The notes under the pieces were generated by a model that saw only the letters and a list, made by a program, of their open reading frames with translations, was not told the origin of the DNA and did not search any database. The position numbers and the translations under genes are program-made. A stretch of 64,000 nucleotides of DNA from Lama glama (Eukaryota), in contig CM052828.1 of the NCBI GenBank assembly GCA_028534125.1, positions 60,140,001 to 60,204,000 of the forward strand, written 5' to 3'. This document shows, one piece after another, positions 23,801-36,185 of the stretch. Position 1 is the first letter of the stretch; every line of letters starts with the position of its first letter.

Positions 23801-26094
23801 AGTCGTCCCTCAGGCCCCAGAGGGACCAGCCCCCCTTGACTGCAGCCTGGAGGACACACGGGCCACGGTGGCACCGGTTACAACCAGTCACTTTACTATC
23901 GTACCGTTTCTGAGTCTCTTGACGTATTTTTGAGGACCTGCCGCGTGCTGGGGTATTACCTGCCATGCGGTTGTGTTAAACTTTACTTCCTCTTGCGAAT
24001 CACATTGTAATTTAAATTAATTTCAAGAATTTATCATTTACAAAAGGAACCCATAGTAATTCTTCTGTGTAACGAATACTCAGCTCCTAATAATCCGATT
24101 TCAAAGTTTACATTTTCAGCAGGTGGGGTGTTCATTTCATACCCACGCCTCCCCAGGCCCCCTGGACGTTCTACAAAAGGCGTGATTTTCAGACCCTAAA
24201 CACAAATACCTAATGAAGTGGTGACTTGACGCCTCAGTGAACAATGGAGGCAGAGAGACAAGGGCTCCTTCTCGTGGCTCGCGGTGTTTCTTATTACAAG
24301 TTAAACTATTTAAAATGATGGCTTAATAGGCGCTGCCGGGAATGTGGGGGAGATAATGAGCATGAAATGTGTAACTTCTGCATTTCCTGGCTTCTTTGTG
24401 TTGAAATTAGCAAGTGCACTATCACAGGAAAATGGCTTTTTGGATTTAATTTTCATTCTTTCTACGCCCTCTTCCCGAGAGAGAAACGGGGAGGAGTTGG
24501 GTTTGAAAGCAGACCCAGTGGGCTTTCAGAGGCCCTGCTGCCCTGAGCGGGGGCTGGAGCCAGAGGAGGGATGGGTGTGGAGACAGAAATCGGGCTGGAG
24601 TGAAGGCTCACCTGTCTGTCCGCACGCCCCTGAGGGGCGGGTGACACGGAGTGGGGCGTATTTCCCCTTCCTTCCTGGAGTTTATAATCCACCCGAGAGT
24701 GGAGACTGGGGGCAGGAGGTCCAGATCACTATGGTCATGTAGGGGCCCCAGGAAGGGCGGGAAGGGGGCATCACCCCATCTCCTCTGGGGCGGCCTCTCC
24801 AAGGCCAGGCCACGAGACACTCGAGGCTGTGTGAGGATGATCGGTGTTCCCAGGACGGCAGGGTTCCGTCAGCATAGGCGAGCACAGGCGCTGAGCTGCC
24901 CACTGATTCTGTTTGCTCTGCTACCAAGTTTTCTTGATTCGAAGAACAGGTGTTGCAGGTTTGACACTCCTCGTCCAGGACTTGACGGCTCACGCGACTT
25001 TCCGGGTCTGCCGGCTTCTGTGCGGGCACGGGGAGCGTTGCCCATCTGGTGCCTCTTTGCTCGGGCCCCAGCCGGCCGTGGGTCTCTTCTCCAGGGACCT
25101 GTCCAAACCCGTGGCCAGCAGAGTGGCCAGTGGGCAGCGCCAGTTCCCGAAGGGGCCGTGTGCGCATTCAGGTCGTGGCCTGGTTTCCTCACTGGCCGCC
25201 TTCCCCACTTCCCTCCACCCCCCAGCGGGCTCCACCTGTCAAAAGCTCAAGGCCCAGCTCTGCTCAGAAGCCTCCCAGTTTCCCCCAACGACGGCGCAGG
25301 GCCAGAGCTGGGGTGCGGGCCGTCGCAGCGGTTCCCTGTGGCAGGCCCTCGGACCCTCCGCTTGCGTCTGTACAGACCCTTGCGTCTGTAAGACGCCCTG
25401 CCCTCCCCCTGGAGACAGGGCGCCGGTGGCGGCCGGGACTCTAGCGAGAGTCAGAGACGTAACATGTGCAGCCGTTCAAGCCTGCGGAGCAGCTTGCAGC
25501 GCCCGGTACACTCTCGGTGAGCAGAGGACGCAGCCGTGAGATGGAGACGGGGCTCCCCCGGGAACGCCCCGGGAACGCCGCGGGTGTGGTCTTCTCCTCA
25601 GTGGTAACCTGGCTGCCTCCCAGCCCACTGGGCCTGCCCGGGGCTCAGAAGGGCGACCGGACCGGCTGGGGACTCAGGGAGCGCTTGCATTTACGGAAGG
25701 CGGTTTCACAGCGAGGGCAGCACCCCGAGGAGGTCCCACAGCTGGTCCTGCTCTGACGGCCTGGGTCTTACCGGAGGCGTTCACCCCAGAGCAGGGCCGC
25801 GGGAGGGTGACGGCAGAGTCGTTCGGCGACCCCAAGACCCAGGCATCAGCTGACCCGGCTCTTAGACGTGGTGTGGTCCCTCGTAAAAGGGTTGTTCTGG
25901 GTGTGATCACATCGGCTGGGGCCGGGGAGTGGTAGCAGACACAGCGTTCTCACGTGGACAGGGTGAAAATGACACAGGACGTCAGAGACAGCACGTTCCT
26001 ACTGCGTGTTTGCCTATTTAAATGCTGTAGCATCGCTTGGGTTTATGTTTTTTGTATAATAATAAATTTAACAGAAATGTCATATATATGTAAT

Positions 26095-26138
26095 TTCCTT
26101 CCTTCCTTCCTTCCTTCCTTCCTTCCTTCCTTCCTTCC
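26095..26138. repeat. (TTCC)n microsatellite
   Basis: About 11 tandem TTCC units. Confidence 0.95.
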
Positions 26139-27028
26139 GTCTTTCTTTCCTCTTGCTATGGGAGAAAATATAACTTCGGGGGAATTTCTTGGATTCCATG
26201 TGCGTAACTCTTCAAACTTTGCATTAATATACATTTTTCTTTATGTTTAATTTCTGTGACAGCCAAATTGCATGCCTTTAATTGAATTAACACAAATCAG
26301 ACCTGAAAGGAATTGAGGAATGAGAATCTGGGCTGTTTCTTGAAAGCTTTCTCATTGCTTAAGGCACTCTGAAAAAAATCTCTCTTCCTGAGGAACGACA
26401 CCAATTAAAGGCATAGGAGAGTGATACCAGCAGTGTCTTTCCACAGCGGGCGTGATTCATCACTGCTTCTGATCCTATTATTTCAGGACTCACATGTCAA
26501 GCATTCAAAAGCAGGACTGGTGTCAGGGCAGAGCCTGGGTCTGGGAGGACCGTGCACACTCAGGAAGGGTGGAGCCTGGGGAGCTGGGAGTTGACCTGGC
26601 TGGAGGGTGACCCAGAGATTCGCCAGTCAGTGTGCACCGGGAGAGGGTGTGGGAACTGTAACCTCAGGGACTCTCTTCCAGGACGTTGGGCTCAGACGTC
26701 CCCTTCCCCTCCCAGCCCCCGCTTGAACCCCTCACCCGTTTGCAGGTGACCGCTGGACACCCTCAGCGGGCTGTGCTTACCCCCCGAGAGCCCAGGCCGC
26801 CTGCCGGCCGCTGAGTCTCTGAGTAAGTGACCGCTTGGGTGAAGCGGGGCTCAGTCGCCCGTGTCCCTGGCCCTCGGTCCTGGCCGCACCAGGAAGGCAT
26901 CGCCACGTTTCCACGCTTGCGGCAGTGGCCCTCTCCGTCTTGTCAGCTGCCACCCTGTGCCACGAATTCTGTTCCTTCACCGGCCCATCCCTTCTTTCCA
27001 ACCACGAGGCTCCGATGGCTTCTTGAAG

Positions 27029-27217
27029 GTGTTGGTCTCCAAGTAGGGTCCGCAGGCCAGCAGCGCCAGCAGCACCTGGGAGCTTCTTAGAAATGCAGAC
27101 TGTCTAGGCCCCTCAGACCGGCTGAGTCAGAAACAAGGGCGAGGGTTGGGCTGAAGGCTTTGCGTTTTAGCAAGCTTTCTAGACGGTTCCTGCGCTTCTG
27201 GAAGCTAAGGATCACTG
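27029..27217 (+). mobile_element. MER5A near full length
   Basis: ccagcagcgccagcagcacctgggagcttcttagaaatgcaga...gctgagtcagaaac...gttttagcaagc...ggatcactg. Confidence 0.8.
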
Positions 27218-30200
27218 ATCCGGTTTCCTAACTGGTCTGATGCCAATGCGTCACAAGGGTTCAGGAGTCCTGCTCCCTCGGGGTGCAGGGTGGGGCTCAG
27301 GAGGGCCCTGGGGAGACCCTGGGCATCCTCGGTGTGGCGGAGGGGGAGGGCATTTCTAATGTTAATCTCAGGAAAAATGCTCTGGGAGACTTGCTTCCCG
27401 CTACAGAGGACCCGCAGGGCAGCCGTGGTGCCTTCCTTTGGGAGGTTGGAAAACTTGACTTTCCATTCCTTTGGAGGGGCAAAGACTGGATGGACCCCGT
27501 GGCTGGGCGGCCTAAGCCAGACCTCTGCATTGTCTGGGTCACGGGGAGGAAGGCTTGGAAGTCTGGGGCTTGGGGGAGGAGGTGGAGACCTATTTTGTCC
27601 CGAGCAGAGCGGGCCAGACACTGGTGTGCAGCTCCTAACCGGCGCAACCAGCAAGCTGCACCTGCGGCAGATCACAGCCGTGTGTCTCCTTGCAGGTGTG
27701 ACGGGGGGGGGCACCCCAGAGTCCCCACATGGAAGTGTGACAGGTAATTCCCATAAAATGACAGACCTATAACAAAGGAGAAAGGACAGCCTCCCTTTCT
27801 TCCTCTTGTTCTCTAGGGAGTACATCAGGCAAGTGGCCTCTTTACACACCAAAAGGGCCTTAAGCAGGCAGATGGGTTTTCCCTCTTACCTGCCTCCCAG
27901 GCACCTGTCCGTCGGCTGGATAATCTAACCCACGTGCTCAGTAAGAAAACTGTAACCACTGACTTTCTGGACCTGCAGACACACTGCCAGAACATCGTCT
28001 TGAGGATGTTCAGTGCATTCGAATCCGTGGAAGCACATTGGCTACACCATGAGGACAGCCCGCCGCGGAGATGGTCTCGGTGGTGTTAGGATGCGGTCCT
28101 CGGGGTCTGGGACCTGACCTCCCACCGGTCCCACTGGGCAGTGCTTCAAGGCCACTGGGCCTTTCCCTCACTTTCTGCCTGGGGAAGCCGACCGCGTCTC
28201 GGGTGTGTCCCTGGTTCTCTGAGGAAGGCTCCTTTCTGTTCTCTCCCCTCCCTCCCTGCCAGTCAGCATGCATCTGCCTTCTCACTGTCCCTTGGGAATT
28301 TGCTGGAAGGTGGTCACACAGGCGATGCTACCCGCTCTATCTCCCCGGGCACCATCAGTGCCTCGAAGGGTGGGCAGCCGGAGACCCGGGCTTCACCCAG
28401 TGCCTGGCGCGTAGCCAACGCCCCTGGAAGGCGTGGAACAAGGCTGCGTGGGCCTCACTTCAACCCTGCCGGGAAAGCCAGGCCTGGGGACGTCTGACTC
28501 TGTTGTTCGTTTGTTCCTTTTCCACTTGGCAACGGAAGGACGCCTTTTGCCAGAGTCTCTGTGCTGCATAAAATACAGCGTGGCGTGACCATGGCTCCCT
28601 CCCTCTGTGCTTTCCCCAGCGGAGGGCTGTGGTCACTCTGGGCTGCAGCTCCAAGTGCTGGAACAGAAGCACCGAGAATAAACCGGAGCCTCCGCCGGGC
28701 GGCTGTGCCGGGTGATTTTTCATTCGTCGAGGGGACTGTCAAAACTCGCTGTCCTGGGAAGTGTCTTTCTCCCTGTCACGAGTGAGATAAACTCCCCCAG
28801 ACGCTACCCTGGCCAAGCGGCCAAGTCCACATTTGCATTTAGTGGTTTAGTTACAAATTAAATGTGTTGCCAGAACACTTTTGTTTGGTTTGGGAAGGTA
28901 AATTGTAGCAATTATATTGGGACACAGAAATGCATACTCAATTTGAAGAAAAACATATTGCCAAGACTTGAATCTGTCATTCAGAGACGATTTTGTGCGT
29001 TGCACGGCGGGAAGTGTATGTGCAAACTGTGGTCCAGTCTTTCCTAAGACGAACTTGCCAAAATTAACCAGCCGGCTGTTGGTGGGAGCCTCTGAAGGAC
29101 GGTGGGGAGGCTAACACGCCGGAAAGCGCTGGAAGCCGCAGGAGGCCCTCCAGGTCTCGCTGGGAACGCTGCCCACCGAGCGCGGCCAAGCCTGCCCCAG
29201 AGGAAGCGCGGTCTGCGTGAGGGCCCCGCGTCCGCCCCGACGGTCGATACCCGGACAAAGAGGCCTCAAGCTGGGCTTTGTCTAGTTCTGTTCAATAAAA
29301 GTGCTTTGCTCGGAGAAGAAAGTGCAGCTCCCAGTTCTGAGGGCTTGATATATATGGATATTAAACTCCTCATCAGGACGGAGTGCCCACTGCGTCTGTC
29401 TCCTTTAAGAGGCGGGCGAGGTAATTGGAAAGCCCTGGCCGGGCCGTTGTGCTGAAGCGGCATAAATCTCCGGGGTGACGGGCGGACAATGGCCGCCCCC
29501 CTCCGCGAGCCGGGTGGCCTGGGCCTGAACTATTTATTAGCTGGGATGTGAATGGGCCGGCGAAGGGCCCATTTATATGCTGCACAGGGAGATGTACTGC
29601 GGCCGCCTTAAACATCGATTTCCTCCGTTTGCGCTTGGTTGGGATACAGACGCAGAGTTCCGCAATAATGTGGGGGTGTCCTTATCAGATCTTGCATATT
29701 TCCCCAGACTGTCTGCAGCCATTAACCTTGCATATTATCTGACTTTAGTGATTAGTACAAGGCACATAAACTCGCACTGATGGCCAGTCTGGGTGGAGAA
29801 TGGTAAGCTGAGTTATTGGGGGCTGGATTCTGCTGACTCTGTGATACAAATGATAGTATTATGCTGGTGCCGCAAAGCGGCTAATTTGTCACTTCTTTCA
29901 TGGTGTTGTCCTCGGTGCGGTACCTAAGTGTGGGATGTGGCCGTGCTGGGGCAGTGTCAAGTGAGGCGTGTCATGACGCGCTGTTACCAACTCACAGCCC
30001 TTTCCAGAGCTGTGCTGGGACGGTCTCGGGAGCGCCATGCTGCCACGTTCGAAGTTTCTACTCCTAACTCCGTTCACCCTGCGTTATCGTCCATCTCCAC
30101 GGGCAGGCGCGTGGGGTTACGCCTTGATCACCTGTACTCAGATTCAGAGACCTCCTGCCCTGGGACAGACACTCTGAGGGGCGGCTTCCTGTGTGACCTT

Positions 30201-31062
30201 TCTTAGCCCCCAGCAACACAGGTCTCCGGACCCCGTGAATGGGGGCTCCCTAAACTTGCTCATGAAAGGGAGCCCCAAACAATGGCTCATCGACTGAGAG
30301 AAACAGTCCCACCCTCCTCGTAGTGTGGGATGGATGCCAGCCTGATCACAATGGTCAGGACCAAACTCCCAACCTGCACACGGCGTCAGTAAAGCCTGGG
30401 GCAAACTCAGAGTTCTAGCTCCTTAAAGGCTAGAAAAGGCTGGAATGACTACCTTGCCCAGAAAAGCCTGAAGTCAGCCGGTGGCTAGTGGACCAACCAG
30501 TCTGCACCAGGTCTCCACCTTCCAGCCCAGAGTCTTCCCCATCCCTGGGTCATCGCAGATGCCCAAGGCAGCAGGTTGACTGCCTACGAGCTTTGTTCAA
30601 AGACTGGGTTTGCTCAGACGTTGCTGGAGGTGGCCAGCTCCTCCTTGTTACGTGTCTGTGAGTGGGGTGAGTGCCACCAGTGGACGGCGGGGCATGGAAT
30701 GTGGCCGGTGGCCGGCTCACCTCCACAGGCAGTGAGGGAGAGAAAGCCTCCAACAGGGGATTTTCCTCTGAAAATTTTTCAGTTAGACTAGGTGTTACCT
30801 GTGCTTTGCAAGGCATTAGTAAACTCCGAAGTATGAATGACAGCAACACGTAAATTGGATGCAACCATCTAGGTGCAGTGCAATGCCTCTGAAGGAATAA
30901 ACACTAACAATAGTTTAATACTTTAAGTCTGGGCTTGGGCATCTATGTCGGGTCTTTTCTCGAAGTCAGAAGCCTCCTAAGGACCTACGTGCAGCCTCCG
31001 GGCTCTCCCTACCGCTTGCTTCCCCCCGCCTCTTGTGCAGGAGATTCTGAGCGTGACCTCAC

Positions 31063-31190
31063 GCATTCATGCATTCATCAGTGCTCACCGAGCACCTACC
31101 TTGGACCAAGCCCTGAAGGTGGAGTGGGAAGCAGAGTGGACAGGGGTCTCCCACCTTCAGAAGCTTCCTTCCAGCTCCGAGCTGCAGGTA
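31063..31190 (-). mobile_element. L2 3' end fragment
   Basis: cattcatgcattcatcagtgctcaccgagcacctacc... Confidence 0.55.
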
Positions 31191-31934
31191 GACAGCAGGC
31201 ACTCACCGGGAGGCAGGCATGTGTGACCTGAGCTGGGGTCATGAAGAACCTCCAGGTTGTTCCCCTCAGGACGCCTGGCCTGAGCGTCTCCTGGCCTCCC
31301 CTTCCAAGTCTTTCCCCGGGCTGTCTTGTACGGAAGCAAAAGAACACAATACAGGTCCCCACTTTAATTCCGCTTGGCCACGACCTGAAGGGTGTGGGCC
31401 CCATCTGCTGGTGCACGTCGCTGCTTCTCTCCTGGGAAGTCCCGCAGCGGGTTGCAGAAATCCTTCCTGAGTGGCTGACAGAGGCGTCAGTAAGCCAAGC
31501 CTTCCCGTCTGCCCAGCACCCACTCTCAGCAAGGTGCACACCATGCTGGGCACCAAGGTGTGGCAGCTTTCAGAGAGGATTTTCCAGGACAGTTCTTATT
31601 GTTAAAAGCTCTCCTAACTAAAAAAAATAGTCTTACAGAAAATTTCAAATATGTAAAAGATCACAATTTAGTGAAGCTGTGCATGTGACTCACCCAGATG
31701 CAGTCATGGCCGCTTATGGCCGACCTTCGTTTCCTCCGTGCCTCTTCCCACTTAGCCCAGCTCATATTTTTTAAACTAATCCAAGATGGTATCTTATTTG
31801 TAAGCTTTTAAGTGTGTATTTCTAAAACAGAGGGCAAACTCTAATACAATGACATTATCACGCCTGAAAGGCTACCGAGGTTCCCTTAGTGTCACAGATA
31901 ACCAGTGCTCAAACTTTCAGTAGTTTCAGACTGT

Positions 31935-32255
31935 CTTTTTTTGTCTTGTTTTATTATTTGATTCTTTTTTTTTATTGAAGGGTAGTCGATTTGCAATGTT
32001 AGCTTCAGGTGTACAGCAAAGCGATTCGGCCGTACATACACACACATACATACATGCATGTATGTATCTCTTCAGACTCGTTCCCATTACAGCTCATTGC
32101 AAGAAACTGACTGCAGTTCCCTGTGCTGTGCAGTCGGGCCTCGCTGATGATCTGTTTTATGTACAGTCGTGTGTATCTGCTAATCCCAAACTCCTCATCT
32201 CTCCCTCCCTAGTAACCAGTTTGTTTTCTATGTCCATGAGTCTAGTTCTGGTTTG
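31935..32255 (-). mobile_element. 5'-truncated L1 3' end (cetartiodactyl type)
   Basis: ttttattgaagggtagtcgatttgcaatgttagcttcaggtgtacagcaaagcgattc...gttccctgtgctgtgcagt...tgctaatcccaaactcct. Confidence 0.9.
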
Positions 32256-32482
32256 AATCAAAATCCAAGTAAGATCAATAGATTGAAATTAAGCCTCTTT
32301 TAATTCATAGTTTCCTCCTCCATCATGTTTTCTCCCCTTGAAATTCACCTGTTGAGGAAATCGAGCTATTTTGTTTCTTCTATAGAGTTTCCCACAGTTT
32401 GGGGTTTGTCGATTGCACCTCCACGGTGTGTTTAGCCTGTTCTTCTGTCCCCTGCATTTCTTCCACACTGGTGGTGGGTTGT

Positions 32483-32681
32483 GGAGGTTCTCAGTGGGGA
32501 GTGTCACTGCTGCACGGGGCCACATGGCCACGGCTGGAGACATTTTGGTTGTCACGGCTGTGGGAGGGGGGCGTGCTACTGACATCCAGTGGGAGAGGCA
32601 AGGATGCCGTTTAACATCCTAAAATGCACAGGACGCCCCCACCACCCACTACATCAGTGGTGCTGAGGTTGAGAAACCCTG
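32483..32681 (+). mobile_element. MER20
   Basis: ggagacattttggttgtcac...gtgctactgacatccagtgggagagg..aacatcctaaaatgcacaggac...gaggttgagaaaccctg. Confidence 0.85.
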
Positions 32682-33289
32682 AAAGCTTGAACAGCTAGGT
32701 TGAAACTCTTGGCAAGACCACTTCACAAGCTGTGATGAATTCTCCCACTGGTGGAAGGTACCGTCTGGCTGTCTCCGTGGTTGTGAGTTGCAGTCATTCT
32801 TCCCAAGGACGTTAGGGGTCACAGCGTGGTGATGTTCCAAGTCTGTCAGTCTTGTCTCATTTACTGGCTGGAATACTTCCCAAAGAGAAGCCTCCTAAAC
32901 TTTTGAAATGTTCTCTTAATTACAGATTTTACCATTCAGGCTGTGTCTCCCGGGCTGGGTCTGATGCCCAGAAGTGGAGTGAGAGTCCTTTGCTGGCGTA
33001 TCTGTTCCCAATATTGGTCTAGAACTAGAGCAATCACAACTGTGGGAACACGCGGTGCTCTTTCCCTGCCTTCAAGGTAATTTCTGGCAAAAATAAGGCG
33101 ATGAGGTCTCCGTGGTCAGTTAGGCAGCACAAAGTGTGGAACAACGTAAGATGGTCAGGCAGACCTCAGCAACGGCGCAGTTAAATTGCAGTGTGGTTGT
33201 GCCATCATGGACGAGGGGGTTTAAAAGAGAAGCATCACTCTGGTCTGGGGAGATGAAGCTGGGGGCGGGGTGTCTGGCTGGTGACAGGA

Positions 33290-33515
33290 AACAGCACAGA
33301 TTTGGGAATGGATTCTCTGAGTTAGACTCTTGTCTCTTTGAGGCCCTGGACGTGTGGCCTTCGCTGAGTCACTTTCCTTAACTTCTCTGAGCCTTATTTC
33401 CTCATTGGTAAGTGGGGGTGACACTAGGACATGGATCTCTAGGGGTTTGGTGGGTTCCACGAGGTATCCTCTGCAAAGCATGTTGCACAGTGCCCGCGCG
33501 TAGTGCACAATTCAG
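33290..33515 (+). mobile_element. MIR SINE
   Basis: ccttaacttctctgagccttatttcctcattggtaagtggggg...gcaaagcatgttgcacagtgcccg. Confidence 0.7.
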
Positions 33516-36029
33516 CTCGCATGACTCGTGACATGGGAGAGGTGAATGGATCTGATCTCCTTCCTCACTCCAGCATTCTGTGACTGCGACTAGAGAAAGC
33601 TCCCTGGGAGACGTGGGATCTGAGCTGGGCCCCCAGGGTGGGTTCGGGAAGCTGGGAGGTATAGGAAGGTCCCCAGTGGCTAGATGGCCAGGTGGGGCAG
33701 GACCGCTCCAGGTGTCGCCCAAGATGGCGGCCTTCGGACAGAAGAGACGCAGGTGGTGGTGGGAAAACACAGAGAGGCTCCCCCACTGGTTCCTGCAAAA
33801 GGTGGAGGTGGCACCAGACAGACACCAGGGTCTGGGGTCTTCAGTTTGGGCTCTAAGGGGCCATCTTCTCTCCCTGCCTGGCCCAGGTCTCTCCTTCTAG
33901 CCCCAGAGGACAGCTCAGACTCGACTTCTGATCACCAGTGACAGAGGAGGGACTGTCCTGTTTGCTGGCCATCCCTGGACACCAGGTGTGGGCTGGAGAG
34001 CTTCCCGGGGGTCATGGGCTGGCCCAGCCAGGGACGCGGGCACAGGCAGGACCTGCCTCACCACCAGGGGCTGAGCGTGTCATTCAGGGGCGAACAGCGC
34101 TGAGGTTCTGTTTTAGCGAAGACTTGATTTGAATGACTGCCTGACTCTCCATGAGCCAGGAGCCAGCCTCACTCCGCTGGGGAGCACGAGGCCCGAGGGG
34201 ACCCTGCGCTGCCTTGGCTGAGAAGTTGGTCAGTGTCAGGGCCCTTACTTGTGTCCTGCAATTCTGAGATGGCAACATCACGGTCAGTCCAGAAAACTCT
34301 ATTTTTCCAGCTTACTTCCTTTCCGGCCACTCTTTGTGGCCAACGAAGTACCTGTGTGTCCTTTTCCTAAGAAGGTCCCTCTGTCTTGCAGGCACGTGGT
34401 CTCCGGCTGCCACTCTGGCTGCACGGGTGGGGCACTTAGCAACGGGCTCCTATTTTAGTCAGAGCCAGCGCAGAGGCAAATGAGTCGTTTCTAAGCTCCC
34501 TCCTCTCCCCGCATTTGTCACTTGCCTCCCTGCGCCTGCTCAGCCCACACCCCCACTTGCCCAAAGTCATTTAGAGTAACATGCGCTTTCTTTTATTTTC
34601 TCTTCCATCAATCCCCAGAGTTCAGGGTTTTGGAAGTGCTGGAGGTGTAGAGCACTTTCCAGAAAATGCTGAAAGTTGAAAATACTGATCATTCATTAAT
34701 TTGCTGTTTAACAGTGCGGTACCTGCACCAGAATGCTCAGCGCGGCATGTGACACAGGGAGGGCGAAGCAGTCTGCCCCGATGCTTGGGGCAAGGGCCCT
34801 TGAGCCGTGGGCCTCTCGCCTCCTGTCCTGAACCGCGTGCTTGCGGAGAAACTGGTTTACCCGGGGAGCCCCAAATTCTGCATGAGGCTGGGTGAGCTCG
34901 CGCAGGCTGGTTCACGCCTCTGGAAACTGTTCCTCCACGCCGAAGGCTGTGCTCTGATGCTGCTGCGTTTTGGGGGTTTATTTTCTGGAATTATCTTCAG
35001 TTTGGATTTACAAGCTCCAGAGAACTTAACTTCTTCACTGTGTAAGACCCCAGATGGCAGGGTTGGGCTGCCTTCCCTCCCTTATCCTGTCTCGACGCTG
35101 AATGAAAATGCTTCAAAATGCCTGTTTTACGTTGGAACTTAAGAGGGTTTAAACCTATTTGGTGGGAAGGGCCGAATTTGAATGATAGCGTTACGTTCAG
35201 TCAATTTACTAGGACACATTAGGCACAGGTACTAGGTTGAGGAGGTGGTGATACTTGACCACCTTTGACCTCGGAAAACGGCGACTCGATCTGTCTGACC
35301 CCTGTGACCGCACGGTCCCTGTGGACTTCCTCTCTCCAGTTGGTGTGGAGTTCTGTTTCCCATGACCCTGCTCCCCTCACCAGGACACGGGGAAAGCACG
35401 AGCTGGGATAGCTGGTGATGTCTGTCCGGGATGGACCAGCTCCTGTCTCCTTCCTGGGCCCCTGATGGGGTCCTGGTTTCCACGTCTCAGGCTGCGCCCT
35501 CTTCCCCCGCCACCCAGTCACGCCCTTGTTTCACGGCTGATGTACTGACCGGGAAGAGCCCTCAGGCTGCCAACCTGGCCAACACTGGCCCCACCTCCTA
35601 CCAGCCGAGGGGCGGTGGGTCAGTCCTAATGTCCCTATGGCTCCATGTCCTCCCGGATTAAAGGGTTGTCGAGTGCTTCCTGCCTTCGGGACGGCTGCGT
35701 GAGCAGAAAGCGAGCTAAACGCGAACGTGTCTGTGGTGCCCGCCACCTGGCAGGGACCCGGCCCGCGTAGGCTGCGGCCATTTTTACTGTCAGTGTGGCC
35801 AGTACTTAAAAGTGAAAGCAGGCAGGTTTTACTACCTCCTCGAGCGGAGGAGAAGAGAGCTTCCATCACGACCGCCTACTGTGTGTCCACCTCCTGCCAG
35901 GTGTTTCCAGGCTCATGAGTTCATCTGGATGCTGTGCTGAAGATACCGGGGTTCGGAGAGGTCGACCGTAAATGCCAGGAGTGCTGAAGCAGCCGAGCCG
36001 TGTGTCACTCTCCCTGGGCCGGGCGCCGA

Positions 36030-36185
36030 CCTAAACTCATCCTCCCACAATCCTGAGTGGCCACTGCCATTTCCCTGACTCGTCAGGCTTGGAAACTGGA
36101 GCACAGAGAGATGACAGGGATTGTCCAAGGTCACCCCAAAGCTAGACGGAGGTCCGCACCCAGGGTGGCCTGACTCCAAGCCAGC
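36030..36185 (-). mobile_element. MIR SINE fragment
   Basis: ggaaactggagcacagagag...ttgtccaaggtcac...acccagggtggcctgactccaagcc. Confidence 0.65.

Larger units (their letters stand above)
31625..32790 (-). mobile_element. L1MC4/5-like 3' UTR, interrupted by a younger L1 and by MER20
   Basis: gaaaatttcaaatatgtaaaa..., gtttgaatcaaaatccaa.taagatc, ctatagagtttcccacagtttgg, ttggcaagaccacttcac. Confidence 0.6.

Noticed and set aside
22850-25539. Longest ORFs in the track (270, 246 and 208 aa)
   Set aside because: Low-complexity G/P/A/R composition expected from GC-rich DNA, overlapping in multiple frames, one running into an MLT1 LTR; no recognisable domain
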